Source of the DNA: an archaeon
GTDB taxonomy: Archaea; SpSt-1190; DYHY01
Assembly: GCA_043803745.1 (NCBI GenBank)
Contig: JAZDJS010000015.1
Location: forward strand, 1 to 64,000
Direction: 5' to 3'
DNA: 64,000 nt
Made by a program: the position numbers and the translations under genes. The number at the start of each line of letters is the position of its first letter. Within the stretch, counting starts at the first letter, position 1. The notes beneath the pieces were generated by a model. That model ran no database searches. It was not told where the DNA came from and saw only the letters and a program-made list of their open reading frames with translations. This document shows positions 27,898 to 37,643 of this stretch, piece by piece.

Positions 27898-28845
27898 ATG
27901 TCTTCTGAACACCCGTTTGTCGAGAGATTCAAGCAGATTTACTCTCGGAACTACAAGAAGTTCTTCATCGTCCCTGCGCTCGCAGTTCTTTTCTGCCTCG
28001 GCGTGATAGCCTGGAACTACTATTCAACTGGAGAGCTCGTTTCAACGGGAATAGACCTCAAAGGGGGGATAATAGTTACTGTTGGCTGGAATTTTTCATC
28101 CGAGCCTTCGATAGCCAGCATGAAAACCGCATTGATTTCTGAAAATCTGGAAAAAGACATTTCGATTTCCAGGATAGACGCATTCGCCTCTGGGAAAATC
28201 AAACTCAGGGCGCTCCAGTTCGAAGCCCCGCCGGAGGCGGATCCGGTCAAATTCACCCAATCCGTCAGGACCGTCTTGTCTTCCGAAGGATTCGAGACGG
28301 ATCCGGTTGAATATAACGTAAAGATAGTGGGCCCGGCGGTCGGAAAGGTGTTCCTCTCCAACACCTACATCGCAATGGCCATGGGCTTCTTTTTCCTCGG
28401 AGTCGTGATTTTCTTCATTTTCAAGAAAAAGGCAGTAATCGCAACAGTCATTTCCTGCATCTTTTTCGATTTTCTAGGAGGGCTTGCAACAATGAATATT
28501 CTGGGAATCAAGCTTTCCCCGATAACTCTCGCATCCCTTCTGATGCTGATAGGCTTCTCAATTGATAGCGACATTCTGATAACGACTGCCGTTCTGAAGA
28601 ATCGAGAGGGTCCCGCAATTGACAGGGCAATTTTCGCAATGAAGACGGGCATAACAATGGCTCTTGCCGCATCTGCAAGCCTTACCGCGCTTTACATTCT
28701 GTCGGGAACCGCCGTTCTCAAAGACATGACCGTGATTCTGCTCGGGGGCCTGTTTTTCGATCTTATACACACGTGGTTCACGAACCTCGGGGTGCTTTTT
28801 TTGATTGCCGAGAAGGAATCCGCAACGGGAGCGCAGCACCAATGA
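27898..28845 (+). CDS. secF: Protein translocase subunit SecF
   Basis: GIDLKGG, VGPAVG, LMLIGFSIDSDIL, DR; upstream of secD. Confidence 0.92.
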   Translation: MSSEHPFVERFKQIYSRNYKKFFIVPALAVLFCLGVIAWNYYSTGELVSTGIDLKGGIIVTVGWNFSSEPSIASMKTALISENLEKDISISRIDAFASGKIKLRALQFEAPPEADPVKFTQSVRTVLSSEGFETDPVEYNVKIVGPAVGKVFLSNTYIAMAMGFFFLGVVIFFIFKKKAVIATVISCIFFDFLGGLATMNILGIKLSPITLASLLMLIGFSIDSDILITTAVLKNREGPAIDRAIFAMKTGITMALAASASLTALYILSGTAVLKDMTVILLGGLFFDLIHTWFTNLGVLFLIAEKESATGAQHQ

Positions 28846-30140
28846 ACTGGGGAAAGCTTGTGAAAAATTGGCGGGTCGCGTTTGCAATAATCTCGATTGC
28901 GGCAGCCCTTTTTTTCGTCGCTCCACGGGTCGGACCGAACGGATGGGAAACGAACGTCCAGAAGGGGTTCGACATAGAGGGCGGAGTCAGGGCAATACTT
29001 TCCCCGGAGAGTACGGACAGGCAGCTCGTTCAGGACACAATCGAAATTCTCAGGCACCGGCTGAATGTGTACGGACTGAAGGACATCAAGATAAGCACCG
29101 CTAGCGACCTTACGGGCGAGACGTACATACTCGTGGAAGCGGCGCGGCTCACCGAAGAGGATGTCCGCTCCGTTGTTGCAAAGCAGGGAAAATTCGAGGC
29201 GAAAATAGGCAACGTAACAATCTTCACAGGACAGGACATCGTCGTGGATTCTTACAAGAACGCAATAAGGCCCGTCAACAACTATTATGAATATTTCATC
29301 GCCCTTAGGATAATCAATCCGGACGCATCCCAGAGGTTCGCAACGGAAACTTCGCGCCTTTCAATTGCATTCTCCGACTTTACGGCGGAGAGCGCATATC
29401 TCAACGAAACGCTTGACATTTATCTCGACGGTAAAAGCGTCAGTTCCCTGCAGATAGCATCCGACCTGAAGGGAAGAGTTTTCGACAGCCCGGTTGTGCA
29501 GGGCGCTGCCGAGAAAAAGGAGGAGGCCCAGACCCGTATGGAGCAGATGAAAGCGCTTCTCCAGTCGGGTTCCCTGCCGATGAAAGTCGAGGTTTCCTCG
29601 ATAGACAAAGTCTCTCCAGCCCTAGGAGGAACCCTGCTGCAGAACGTCCTGGTCGCCGGGCTCGTAGCAGTCTTGGCGGTCGGGTTTGTAATTTTCCTTC
29701 GATACAGGTCCCCCATCCTCACCGGGTTGATAATGACAACCGTTTTCACCGAAGCCCTGCTAGTTCTCGGGATTTCTGTCGTGATAAACTGGCAGCTTGA
29801 CCTTTCTGCGATAGCGGGAATAATAGTTTCCCTCGGAACGGGGGTCAACCAGGAAATAATAATGGTTGACGAATATTTCTTTTACGGCAAGGATCGCCGC
29901 CGGCTTTCATTCAAGGAAAAAATCAAGGAGGCCTCCTTCATAATCTTCGCAGCGTTCGGAAGCGGGATAGGCGCAATGCTCCCCCTGGTTTTCATCGGTC
30001 TCGGGGCTGTAAGGGGTTTCGCGATAACAACGCTGATAGGGATGGCGGGCGGAGTGTTCATTTCCCGACCGGCATTTTTGGCGGCACTTGACATTCTGAC
30101 TGAGAACGAAGGGAAGCCGAACGAGAAAACGTCGGCCTGA
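28842..30140 (+). CDS. secD: Protein translocase subunit SecD
   Basis: GFDIEGG, RLNVYGL, GKFEAKI, LQSGSLP, SPALG, GTGV, GFAITT. Confidence 0.93.
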   Translation: MNWGKLVKNWRVAFAIISIAAALFFVAPRVGPNGWETNVQKGFDIEGGVRAILSPESTDRQLVQDTIEILRHRLNVYGLKDIKISTASDLTGETYILVEAARLTEEDVRSVVAKQGKFEAKIGNVTIFTGQDIVVDSYKNAIRPVNNYYEYFIALRIINPDASQRFATETSRLSIAFSDFTAESAYLNETLDIYLDGKSVSSLQIASDLKGRVFDSPVVQGAAEKKEEAQTRMEQMKALLQSGSLPMKVEVSSIDKVSPALGGTLLQNVLVAGLVAVLAVGFVIFLRYRSPILTGLIMTTVFTEALLVLGISVVINWQLDLSAIAGIIVSLGTGVNQEIIMVDEYFFYGKDRRRLSFKEKIKEASFIIFAAFGSGIGAMLPLVFIGLGAVRGFAITTLIGMAGGVFISRPAFLAALDILTENEGKPNEKTSA

Positions 30141-30165
30141 AGGGGAACTTCGCGGAATCCTCCGG

Positions 30166-30732
30166 CTAGTGGCGTCCGAAGACTGTCTGCAAGGTCAACA
30201 ACTTCGAAATGAGGCCTGCGGAAGTGAGGGGGAGAAACTCATCTTGCACCATCACGAAAAGGAAGGCGAGTTTTTTCGTTGTCAAAGGGAAGCTGAAAAT
30301 GCGCATAATTCTGATGGCGTCTGGTTCAGCCAGGAGCGCGCGTAACCTTGCCAAAGATTTGACCGCAGGAGAAGTCAGGCTCTTCTGAGCGGCGCCTAGT
30401 TCGTGCTTCCACCCTTCAAACTTAATGATTGCGGCAGCAATATCCCCGCCAGTTTCCTCAAGAGCCCGTCCAGCTTCTTCTTCTGTCTTACCGGACGCTT
30501 CCGCAACAACTCGGGCGTCATCGGTACTTCTTTCGGGACTCGTCCCGGAACCCGTTTCGGAAACCTCTCCGGAAACTTGGAAAGTTGTCTGCCCCATCAC
30601 CTGCATTTTCACAACAGCAGGCCTCTCAACGACGAGTTTTCTGCCGTCCGCGAGGAAAATTTCGACCTTTTCAGCGTCAAGTTCCTCCGTGCTCATCTGT
30701 TTCATTATTTTCTGCAAATTTCGTACGTCCAT
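30166..30732 (-). CDS. nac: Nascent polypeptide-associated complex protein (with C-terminal read-through extension)
   Basis: NAC domain (EELDAEKV..P.V.KM..MGQ.TFQV.G) plus UBA (DD...VA......EEEA..ALE...GDIAAAI). Confidence 0.88.
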   Translation of the reverse strand: MDVRNLQKIMKQMSTEELDAEKVEIFLADGRKLVVERPAVVKMQVMGQTTFQVSGEVSETGSGTSPERSTDDARVVAEASGKTEEEAGRALEETGGDIAAAIIKFEGWKHELGAAQKSLTSPAVKSLARLRALLAEPDAIRIMRIFSFPLTTKKLAFLFVMVQDEFLPLTSAGLISKLLTLQTVFGRH

Positions 30733-30737
30733 AAGAA

Positions 30738-31139
30738 TTACCCTTTCTTCCCAGCAGCAACATTTTTTACAATTATGACGGGAATGGGTGAGTTCTCGAA
30801 GACAACGCCGCTGGTGCTGCCGACGACCATTTTTTCAGAACCTTCCTTGTCTGTCGCGCCCATGACGACGTACTCGTATCTTTTCAGGGCTTCCGCCAGA
30901 ATCGCCCCCGAAATGTCCTGGTTTTGCACGGAGACGTAATTGACCTCCACCGCATAAGTTTCATCAAGCTGTGAGCGTATCTTGTCGATGAGCTTCCCTT
31001 GCTCGAGCGTCATGAGTTCCGGCCCCTTGACATTGAAAACAGTCACGCTTCCATTGACCTCCCGTGCAAGCAGTCCGGCAACGTCCGACGCTCTCAAGTC
31101 GTGCAGGGTTCCCTTGACTGGAAGGAGAAGGCGCCTCAT
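30738..31139 (-). CDS. Universal stress protein (UspA family)
   Basis: RLLLPV, VVMGA, GSTS..V...SPIPVIIVK. Confidence 0.85.
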   Translation of the reverse strand: MRRLLLPVKGTLHDLRASDVAGLLAREVNGSVTVFNVKGPELMTLEQGKLIDKIRSQLDETYAVEVNYVSVQNQDISGAILAEALKRYEYVVMGATDKEGSEKMVVGSTSGVVFENSPIPVIIVKNVAAGKKG

Positions 31140-31226
31140 TCCAGGAACATTCACCAGCACATTTTTATTGTTTTCCTTCCAAATGCGGGGGTGGATGATG
31201 ACTCTGCGCTCCTGACCGAAAAAGGG

Positions 31227-32456
31227 ATGAACGGGATTTTGAGTTCTGACACTTGCGAGAACAAGCCCTTCTTGACCGAGCTCCTCCCGGGAACCGGCGG
31301 CGAGATAAAAACGTCCCCCGAGGATTTTTTCGTCGAGGAAATTCCCGCATTCCCATTTTCGGGTGAGGGCGAACATCTGATACTCTTGGTCGAGAAAAGG
31401 GGGCTGACTACGCACCGTGCGGCTGAGATATTGGCCGGAACGGCGGGAGTTTCTTCCGAAAAAGTTGGCTATGCGGGCTTGAAAGATGCGTTCGCCCTTA
31501 CAAGACAGTTTTTTTCCGTTCAGACGCCCGGCGGCCCGCCGGAAACCGCCGCGCCCGGCTTGCGCATCGTTTCGGCAACAAGGCACGCGCACAAGCTGCG
31601 GGCCGGAATGCTTTCCGGGAACAGATTCAAAATCCGGATCAGAAACGTCCGGGCGCCCGGGAACGCTGCGGCAATCCTCGAAGTGCTCGGGTCCCGCGGC
31701 CTGCCAAATTACTACGGTTCCCAAAGGTTCGGCTCAATGAGAAGCGTTTCCGCAAAGGTGGGCTTCGCGCTTCTGAGAGGGGACTTCGAACTGGCAGTCA
31801 GGGAGTACCTTTCGGTTTCCGGAGCCCAAGAGCCGGACAAGACGCGGAGCGCGAGAAGCTTGTGCAGCGAGGGAAATTTTTCGGAAGCGGCCAGAACATT
31901 CCCTCCCGGATGTTTCTACGAACTGCGCTTGATATCCCTCTTGGAGGCGCTCGGAAACCCCGAGAGCGCGTTTCGGCGGACTTTCCCGAAGCATCTTCTG
32001 CGTCTTTTCGTTTCGGCGACGCAATCGGAAGTCTTCAACAAGATACTGTCAGAAAGGATCCGGTCGATAGATTCATTCATCGACGGGGATGTCGGGATGT
32101 TCGAAAAAGGGGCGGTTTTCTTCCGGCACGCAGTTCCGGAGGATCCGCGCCTCAAGACGTTCGAGGTTTCCCCATCCGGGGTGCTGGTTGGCAACAAGGC
32201 AATTCTTGCGGAAGGGGCTGCGGGGGAGATAGAGCGGCGGGCGATTTCTTCAACGGGCTTTTCGGAATCCGAAAGCTTCCCCAAATCGCGCCTTCCTTTC
32301 CGCCTCGATGGTAGCCGCCGCCGGCTTCGGGAAAGGATTTCAGAGGCTTCCATTTCCGCAGCGCCCGACGGGACGGAAGACATTTTAATCTCATTTGTCC
32401 TTCCAAAGGGAACTTATGCGACCGAAGTTCTCCGGGAGGTGACAAAAACCGCTTGA
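31227..32456 (+). CDS. truD: tRNA pseudouridine(13) synthase TruD
   Basis: PEDFFVEE, AGLKD.FALTRQ, GNRF.I, PNYYGSQRFG, F.LPKGTYAT..LRE. Confidence 0.95.
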   Translation: MNGILSSDTCENKPFLTELLPGTGGEIKTSPEDFFVEEIPAFPFSGEGEHLILLVEKRGLTTHRAAEILAGTAGVSSEKVGYAGLKDAFALTRQFFSVQTPGGPPETAAPGLRIVSATRHAHKLRAGMLSGNRFKIRIRNVRAPGNAAAILEVLGSRGLPNYYGSQRFGSMRSVSAKVGFALLRGDFELAVREYLSVSGAQEPDKTRSARSLCSEGNFSEAARTFPPGCFYELRLISLLEALGNPESAFRRTFPKHLLRLFVSATQSEVFNKILSERIRSIDSFIDGDVGMFEKGAVFFRHAVPEDPRLKTFEVSPSGVLVGNKAILAEGAAGEIERRAISSTGFSESESFPKSRLPFRLDGSRRRLRERISEASISAAPDGTEDILISFVLPKGTYATEVLREVTKTA

Positions 32457-33754
32457 GACGAAAGCGAGACTTTCTTTTGATTTTCGTCGTTTTTCTCCTG
32501 GGACTGTCCATAAGGCTCTATTTTGCATTCCAGGGTTCGGGACTGATCGGGGCGGACGGGTTTTTCCACAATTACCTGGTCTCGGAGACGGTTGAACATG
32601 GTGCGTTTCCATCCAGCGATCCGTTTTCCTGGGGCGGCCGCGAAGTAAGATATTTTCCCGGATTCCACCTTCTTCTCTCAACAATCCTCATTTCAACAAA
32701 AATTCCCACGAGCCTTCTCTTTCTTGCGGGACCCGTCTTTTTCTTCATTGCATTCCTCGCAATAGTCTCGATTGCGCGCAAGCAGGGAATCAGCTCATTA
32801 CCCCTATGCGCCCTGTTCTCAACGATTCCCGTCCTGATATGGAAAACGACAACGAACCTCCTTCCGGATTCAGCCGTTCTTTTCCTGCTCTTGATTTCGA
32901 TATTCGTAACGAAGAGCTCTGAACTCCCGATTTCCGCGGCGATTCTGATCGGCGGTTCCCTTATTCACCCCATTTTCTTCGTTGCGTACGTTCCACGCAT
33001 AATTGAATCGAAATCGAGGGCCAAACTGGTCGGTATTTTGGCGACCCTCGCAGTCTCCCTCCTGGTATTGCATTTCGCCGGACTCCGAATCCCTTCGGAT
33101 GCCCGCCAGAACGTTCCATCGGCGATGCAGGACGAAATTTTCGAGGGGGTTGATTTTGTCAAGATAACCTACCGGCTGGGACCCTCACTGGTTCCGATGC
33201 TTCTTCTTTTCCCGGAGAACTTCCTGTATTTTGCCGCGCCGCTGGTTCCCGTGCTGCTGAAGGTGATCGAACTTGATCGGGGGCTCTTCATTTCCGCCCT
33301 TTTCATGATGCTGGTCGCGGGAAAGTTCATTTCCCGAAGGAAGACATTCACCCAGGTGCTGGTGATTTCAATCCTTTTTTTCTGGTCATTCTACTCGATT
33401 CGCGCCCTCTCCTGGGCGCCCGTTAGGCAAGGGGATTTCAATTCACTCTTTTGGACGTCCGAGAATACGCCCCGGGAGTCGACAATCATCACGCTTCCCG
33501 GCGACGGATATCTCGTAGCATATGTAGCCAGGCGGAAAAATACGATTGACGGGCATTTCTCCGGGATGTCCAACTCTTCCAGAAGGCTGGCTGATGTGAC
33601 CGGCGCGCTGTCATCCCCGGAAAAATACGCCGCAAGCCTGAACGCATCCACATTGGTTCTCACGTCCAGGACTGCGCACGTTGCAATCAGTCCGGAATGG
33701 AAGAAGCTGTCCGAAACCGGAGCTGCTGGAGGGGTTTTCGTTTATACCGGATAG
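32453..33754 (+). CDS. Multi-TM GT-C protein resembling a reduced STT3/AglB oligosaccharyltransferase
   Basis: N-term DGFFH...DP.SWGGR...Y.PGFH; C-term W..ENTP..S.I..LPGDGY.V...ARRK...DG. Confidence 0.6.
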   Translation: MRRKRDFLLIFVVFLLGLSIRLYFAFQGSGLIGADGFFHNYLVSETVEHGAFPSSDPFSWGGREVRYFPGFHLLLSTILISTKIPTSLLFLAGPVFFFIAFLAIVSIARKQGISSLPLCALFSTIPVLIWKTTTNLLPDSAVLFLLLISIFVTKSSELPISAAILIGGSLIHPIFFVAYVPRIIESKSRAKLVGILATLAVSLLVLHFAGLRIPSDARQNVPSAMQDEIFEGVDFVKITYRLGPSLVPMLLLFPENFLYFAAPLVPVLLKVIELDRGLFISALFMMLVAGKFISRRKTFTQVLVISILFFWSFYSIRALSWAPVRQGDFNSLFWTSENTPRESTIITLPGDGYLVAYVARRKNTIDGHFSGMSNSSRRLADVTGALSSPEKYAASLNASTLVLTSRTAHVAISPEWKKLSETGAAGGVFVYTG

Positions 33755-33767
33755 ATAATCTTATAGA

Positions 33768-34487
33768 TTGAAAACGGGCCTTTTAGCGGTGGTTTCGAGG
33801 GTTCCGAGCAAAAAGGCAATACTTCTCCTGGCTTTTGCGGTATGTACGGCGACCTATTTCCTCGGGGTTCTCAGCGGGCTTTATGCGAACAAACTGCTCG
33901 AAAAAAAAGTCAGCACGGATATGGGGGTCATCAAGTACTACATGGATTCCTCCTCGCTTGACATGAAAAACATGCTGCTCCTTCAATTCTTCATGGAGAA
34001 TATGGGAGATTCCTGCAAATTCTCCGAACTCTACCTATCCCACCTTTATGACCAACTCCAGCCATATTGGTCGCGCCTTCCGAAGGACATCGAGGCATAT
34101 GACCGGGAGCAGACCGGCTCCGCCGAATATATCGCGCTCAAGAGGGAATACACCCGGCTTTCCTTGCGCATCTGGCTTACTGCCGAACGCAACCAGCAGG
34201 CCTGCAATTCCACCAAGTTTGTCCCGATTCTTTACTTTTACTCCAAGGCTTGCGCCAATTGCACGCTGCAGAGGGAAATTCTGGATACCTTCTCCCTTGA
34301 GATGAGGCAGAGGGGATTTAGCATAGTCATCTTCCCGATAGATGAGACTTTCGAGGACGATACAATATATCTTCTCAAGAAATACTACAATCTGACGGCA
34401 TTTCCCTCAGTTGTTTTCAAAAACACCCTCTTCAACGGGGTCGTTGCCGGACAGGGCGATCTTCTTCAGGTCCTGGGCACTAATTGA
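33768..34487 (+). CDS. Membrane-anchored protein with thioredoxin-like CxxC domain
   Basis: N-terminal TM; ILYFYSKACANC; cis-Pro-like FPS. Confidence 0.65.
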   Translation: MKTGLLAVVSRVPSKKAILLLAFAVCTATYFLGVLSGLYANKLLEKKVSTDMGVIKYYMDSSSLDMKNMLLLQFFMENMGDSCKFSELYLSHLYDQLQPYWSRLPKDIEAYDREQTGSAEYIALKREYTRLSLRIWLTAERNQQACNSTKFVPILYFYSKACANCTLQREILDTFSLEMRQRGFSIVIFPIDETFEDDTIYLLKKYYNLTAFPSVVFKNTLFNGVVAGQGDLLQVLGTN

Positions 34488-35763
34488 CCTTTTCCCAGAC
34501 GTTCTTTTGATTTCCGTCGAAATACGCAGGCAGGCAGAAAACGTTCACGATCATTATCGAAAGCCAGAACGGGAACATGAAAGCCAAAGGGATCAAAGTT
34601 CTCGGAGCGAACCGCTTGTCGAATTTCCAGACCGCGTAGACATAGAGCGGATATGACAGGAGGGTGCTTGCTATGCCGACAACATTCAGATAGGTGACCG
34701 GTGTTGCCCCTGTGAACAGCCCGCCGAACCAGTTGAAAAAGCCGAATATCGAGAGCCATCCGAAAAGGAACCCCGCAACCCCCATACTGGCAAGGACGCC
34801 CTTTGAAGCAAAATATATGAAATAGCCGCTGGCAATCTGGTAGACGGTTATCAACCCCATGACTATTGCCTGTATGTAGTTGAACAAAAGAAGGGGCAGG
34901 GTGTAAAGATCTATTGCCGTCTTGGCCTTTCCGGCAAGGTGTTTCCGAAGAATGTACAAAAGACCCTTCCCGAACCGCGCCTTCTGCTTCAGGAACCCCC
35001 CAAGGGTCGAGGGCATGACCGTCTCAGAAACTGCATCGCTCGAGAACGCGACGGAATACCCCCGCCTTATCAGGCGGATTGTTATGTCAACATCCTCGGA
35101 AAAACCGCCTGTGCTGAACCCTCCGACCTGGATGAGCGCGCGCCTGCGGTACATGCTCAAGGGGCCGGGGGTCACAACATTCGCGTTGGCGTTCGCGAAC
35201 ATCATCCGCGTCAGGGCGCCGTAAAGTTGTTCAACATGAAGCCACATCCCGATGAAAGTTTTCCGATTTTTCACCTTGACGACGCCCGTTGCGGCGGCAA
35301 CATTCCGTTTTCCCAATTCGTTCGCAAGGAAGCCGAGGGCGCCCGGATCGACAGTCCCGTCCCCGTCAACAATTGCAACGAGCTCCCCGGTTGCCCGTGC
35401 GAGACCGACATTGAGGGAATCCGCCTTGCCGGTATGGGGCTTGCGTATCAGCAGTACTTTCTTGCCGAACCGCCTTCTCGCCAGTTCCGCCCCCCCGTCA
35501 GAGCTTCCGTCGTCAACGACAATGATCTCCTTCCTTCCCGCAAAGTTCGCCGACAGCACGGACGAAATGCACTCGGCAATCCTCGGCCGTTCATTGTGCA
35601 TCGGAATTATTACACTGAGCGTCCGGTACTTTTTTCTCACGGGGGCTTGGGAAAGCTCGTTTTGCTTGAAAATCAGGAGATAATAGTAGGAGATCACAAC
35701 GCCCAGAAAAACCGTCGTTATTGCAGAAGGGACGAAGACAAAAAGAACATCCTGCGGCATCAT
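34480..35763 (-). CDS. Processive membrane GT2 (PgaC/cellulose-synthase-like)
   Basis: P.HNE, DDGSSD, GKADSLN, DGD, SED, QKARF; N- and C-terminal TMs; ATG overlaps upstream TGA. Confidence 0.88.
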   Translation of the reverse strand: MMPQDVLFVFVPSAITTVFLGVVISYYYLLIFKQNELSQAPVRKKYRTLSVIIPMHNERPRIAECISSVLSANFAGRKEIIVVDDGSSDGGAELARRRFGKKVLLIRKPHTGKADSLNVGLARATGELVAIVDGDGTVDPGALGFLANELGKRNVAAATGVVKVKNRKTFIGMWLHVEQLYGALTRMMFANANANVVTPGPLSMYRRRALIQVGGFSTGGFSEDVDITIRLIRRGYSVAFSSDAVSETVMPSTLGGFLKQKARFGKGLLYILRKHLAGKAKTAIDLYTLPLLLFNYIQAIVMGLITVYQIASGYFIYFASKGVLASMGVAGFLFGWLSIFGFFNWFGGLFTGATPVTYLNVVGIASTLLSYPLYVYAVWKFDKRFAPRTLIPLAFMFPFWLSIMIVNVFCLPAYFDGNQKNVWEKVN

Positions 35764-37019
35764 TCTGATACCAGACTCACATTCGCGGCTTTTGGCGTGC
35801 AAAACCAATTTATCTTCTGATTGAGGACTGCCTTCATGAAAGCGAACGCGTTCGCAAATGCGACAACAAGTCCTATTGTGAACGACATGAAAACGACATC
35901 CTTCCATTCCGACAGCTCGCCCCGCTTATGAAGGGCGATGAAGCCGCCGAACAGGAATCCCCCCGTGACGAGGAGCCTTGAACCGAAAACGAACAGGTCC
36001 GAAAGCACGAAGAGCCGCACTTCTCCGAGGAACCACCCTGCCATTCCCGCGCAGGTCATTATGACCACTGGAACGGTAGGTCCATTGCCAAGGGTGTTGA
36101 AGGCCATCATGAACCTTTGGCGCAATCCGAGGTTGCCTTCGAAGAGAATCAGCCTGAAATTGTCAATGAAAACCCGCGTGTTCCCGTAGCACCATCGCAT
36201 CTGCTGCTTAAGGAACGCCTCAAACGTGTCAGGGACCTCGCTAGGGGTTTCGTAATCCAGGTAAACAGAAGTGTATCCCCGCGCCAAAAGCTTGACGCTT
36301 ATTTCGCAATCCTCAGTGACGCTATCCGGATTCCATCCGCCAACTTCCTCGAAATGCGTTCGCCGGAGGGCTCCCGCGGTCCCGCAGAAGAAGACGCTGT
36401 TGACTTTGCTGTTTATCGGCATTATTATCGAATGATACATTATCAGGAGATATGCCGCGAAACGAGTGACAACATTAGCTTTTCGATTGTAGAAACCCTG
36501 TTTCGATTGGACAATTGCGACTTTTGAATCCGAGAACGGCTCGATTATTTTCCTCAGAAAGTCCCGCTTTGGAATCCAGTCGGAATCGAAAACAACAATG
36601 AACTCGCCCCTGCTGAAGCTCATTGCATTTTTCAGAGCTCCCGGCTTGAAGCCGGTTCTTTCAGACCTGTATACGTATTTCACCTGCCCCGGATTCTCCA
36701 GGGAAAGGCCTTCCATCATTCTCCGGGTTTTGGGGTTGGTGCTGTCGTCCGCGATGATTATCTCATACCTTTTCCGCGGATAATCGAATTCAAGGCACTT
36801 GGAAACGCATCTTGCCGCAATCGGGTCGTTGAAAACGGGTATTTGCACCGTTATGAAAGGCAAATCCTTTTCCGCGAAGGGCTTCCAGCGAGCCGTTTTT
36901 TGCCCTTTGTCAATGAAAATGCTGATGAAAGAGAGGACTACGAAAAGAGCCGAAAAGAAGACCAAAGGGACAAGCGCCAAGTTGTAGATGAAAAGCGAAA
37001 TGTCATAAGGGTCAATCAT
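35760..37019 (-). CDS. Processive membrane GT2 (CesA/CslA-like)
   Basis: VQIPVFN, DDS, GFKPGAL, FDSD, GTAG, TED, QQMRW, TPK. Confidence 0.92.
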   Translation of the reverse strand: MIDPYDISLFIYNLALVPLVFFSALFVVLSFISIFIDKGQKTARWKPFAEKDLPFITVQIPVFNDPIAARCVSKCLEFDYPRKRYEIIIADDSTNPKTRRMMEGLSLENPGQVKYVYRSERTGFKPGALKNAMSFSRGEFIVVFDSDWIPKRDFLRKIIEPFSDSKVAIVQSKQGFYNRKANVVTRFAAYLLIMYHSIIMPINSKVNSVFFCGTAGALRRTHFEEVGGWNPDSVTEDCEISVKLLARGYTSVYLDYETPSEVPDTFEAFLKQQMRWCYGNTRVFIDNFRLILFEGNLGLRQRFMMAFNTLGNGPTVPVVIMTCAGMAGWFLGEVRLFVLSDLFVFGSRLLVTGGFLFGGFIALHKRGELSEWKDVVFMSFTIGLVVAFANAFAFMKAVLNQKINWFCTPKAANVSLVSE

Positions 37020-37032
37020 TCAAGTCCCTTTC

Positions 37033-37641
37033 CTACTCACCTGCTTCCATCAAATGTTGCCTTAAAACCTTTCGCAATTGGCTATACTCGGGGATGCCAA
37101 CCAGTTCCGTATTCTCTCGCCCGGCTCTGCCGACAAGCACCATTGGGAACAGTCCAGGAACGCCGAACCGGCTACATTCCCCTGCCGAACGGAGGAGTTC
37201 TTCTGGGATTTCCTGTCCGCGTGCGCACGCTTCTTCTGACCGCTCGCACAAAGTCGAAAGCGCCGAAATGAACTCGGGAGTCTTCCTCTCAATGTCGAGC
37301 AAGGTGAGGTATTCCTTTTGCAAATATGCGACTTTTCCGCTCTTGAGGAATTCGTTCTCAAGCTTCGGCAGAACGGTTTCCAGGAATTCCCTGCTTCCTT
37401 TGTCTCCCGTCCTCAGGTATGCAACCACCGTGATGCCTCCCTCTCCAGGGGACTGGCCAACGTCTACTCTCCCGCTCAAATAGGAATAAAGGGCTGAGAT
37501 ATTCCCGGCAGAAACGAACTCGAGAACGTTCGGGTATATCAGGCGTTCCTGACCGACGAACACAAGCGAGGACGCGACAAGCAGGGCTGCGACAAGGAAA
37601 GCGAAGGCCGGCAAAGCCCATTTTTCTCTCGACGACAGCAT
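37033..37641 (-). CDS. Membrane-anchored degenerate DsbA/thioredoxin-fold protein
   Basis: N-terminal TM; F..TVLP.L..EF...GKV and G..P..LV...L.G...Y patterns of DsbA-like proteins, without CxxC. Confidence 0.5.
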   Translation of the reverse strand: MLSSREKWALPAFAFLVAALLVASSLVFVGQERLIYPNVLEFVSAGNISALYSYLSGRVDVGQSPGEGGITVVAYLRTGDKGSREFLETVLPKLENEFLKSGKVAYLQKEYLTLLDIERKTPEFISALSTLCERSEEACARGQEIPEELLRSAGECSRFGVPGLFPMVLVGRAGRENTELVGIPEYSQLRKVLRQHLMEAGE

Positions 37642-37643
37642 TT

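Noticed and set aside
31140-31724. 328-aa Usp ORF overlapping truD
   Set aside because: Only the C-terminal 133 aa are Usp-like; the upstream part is antisense to truD.
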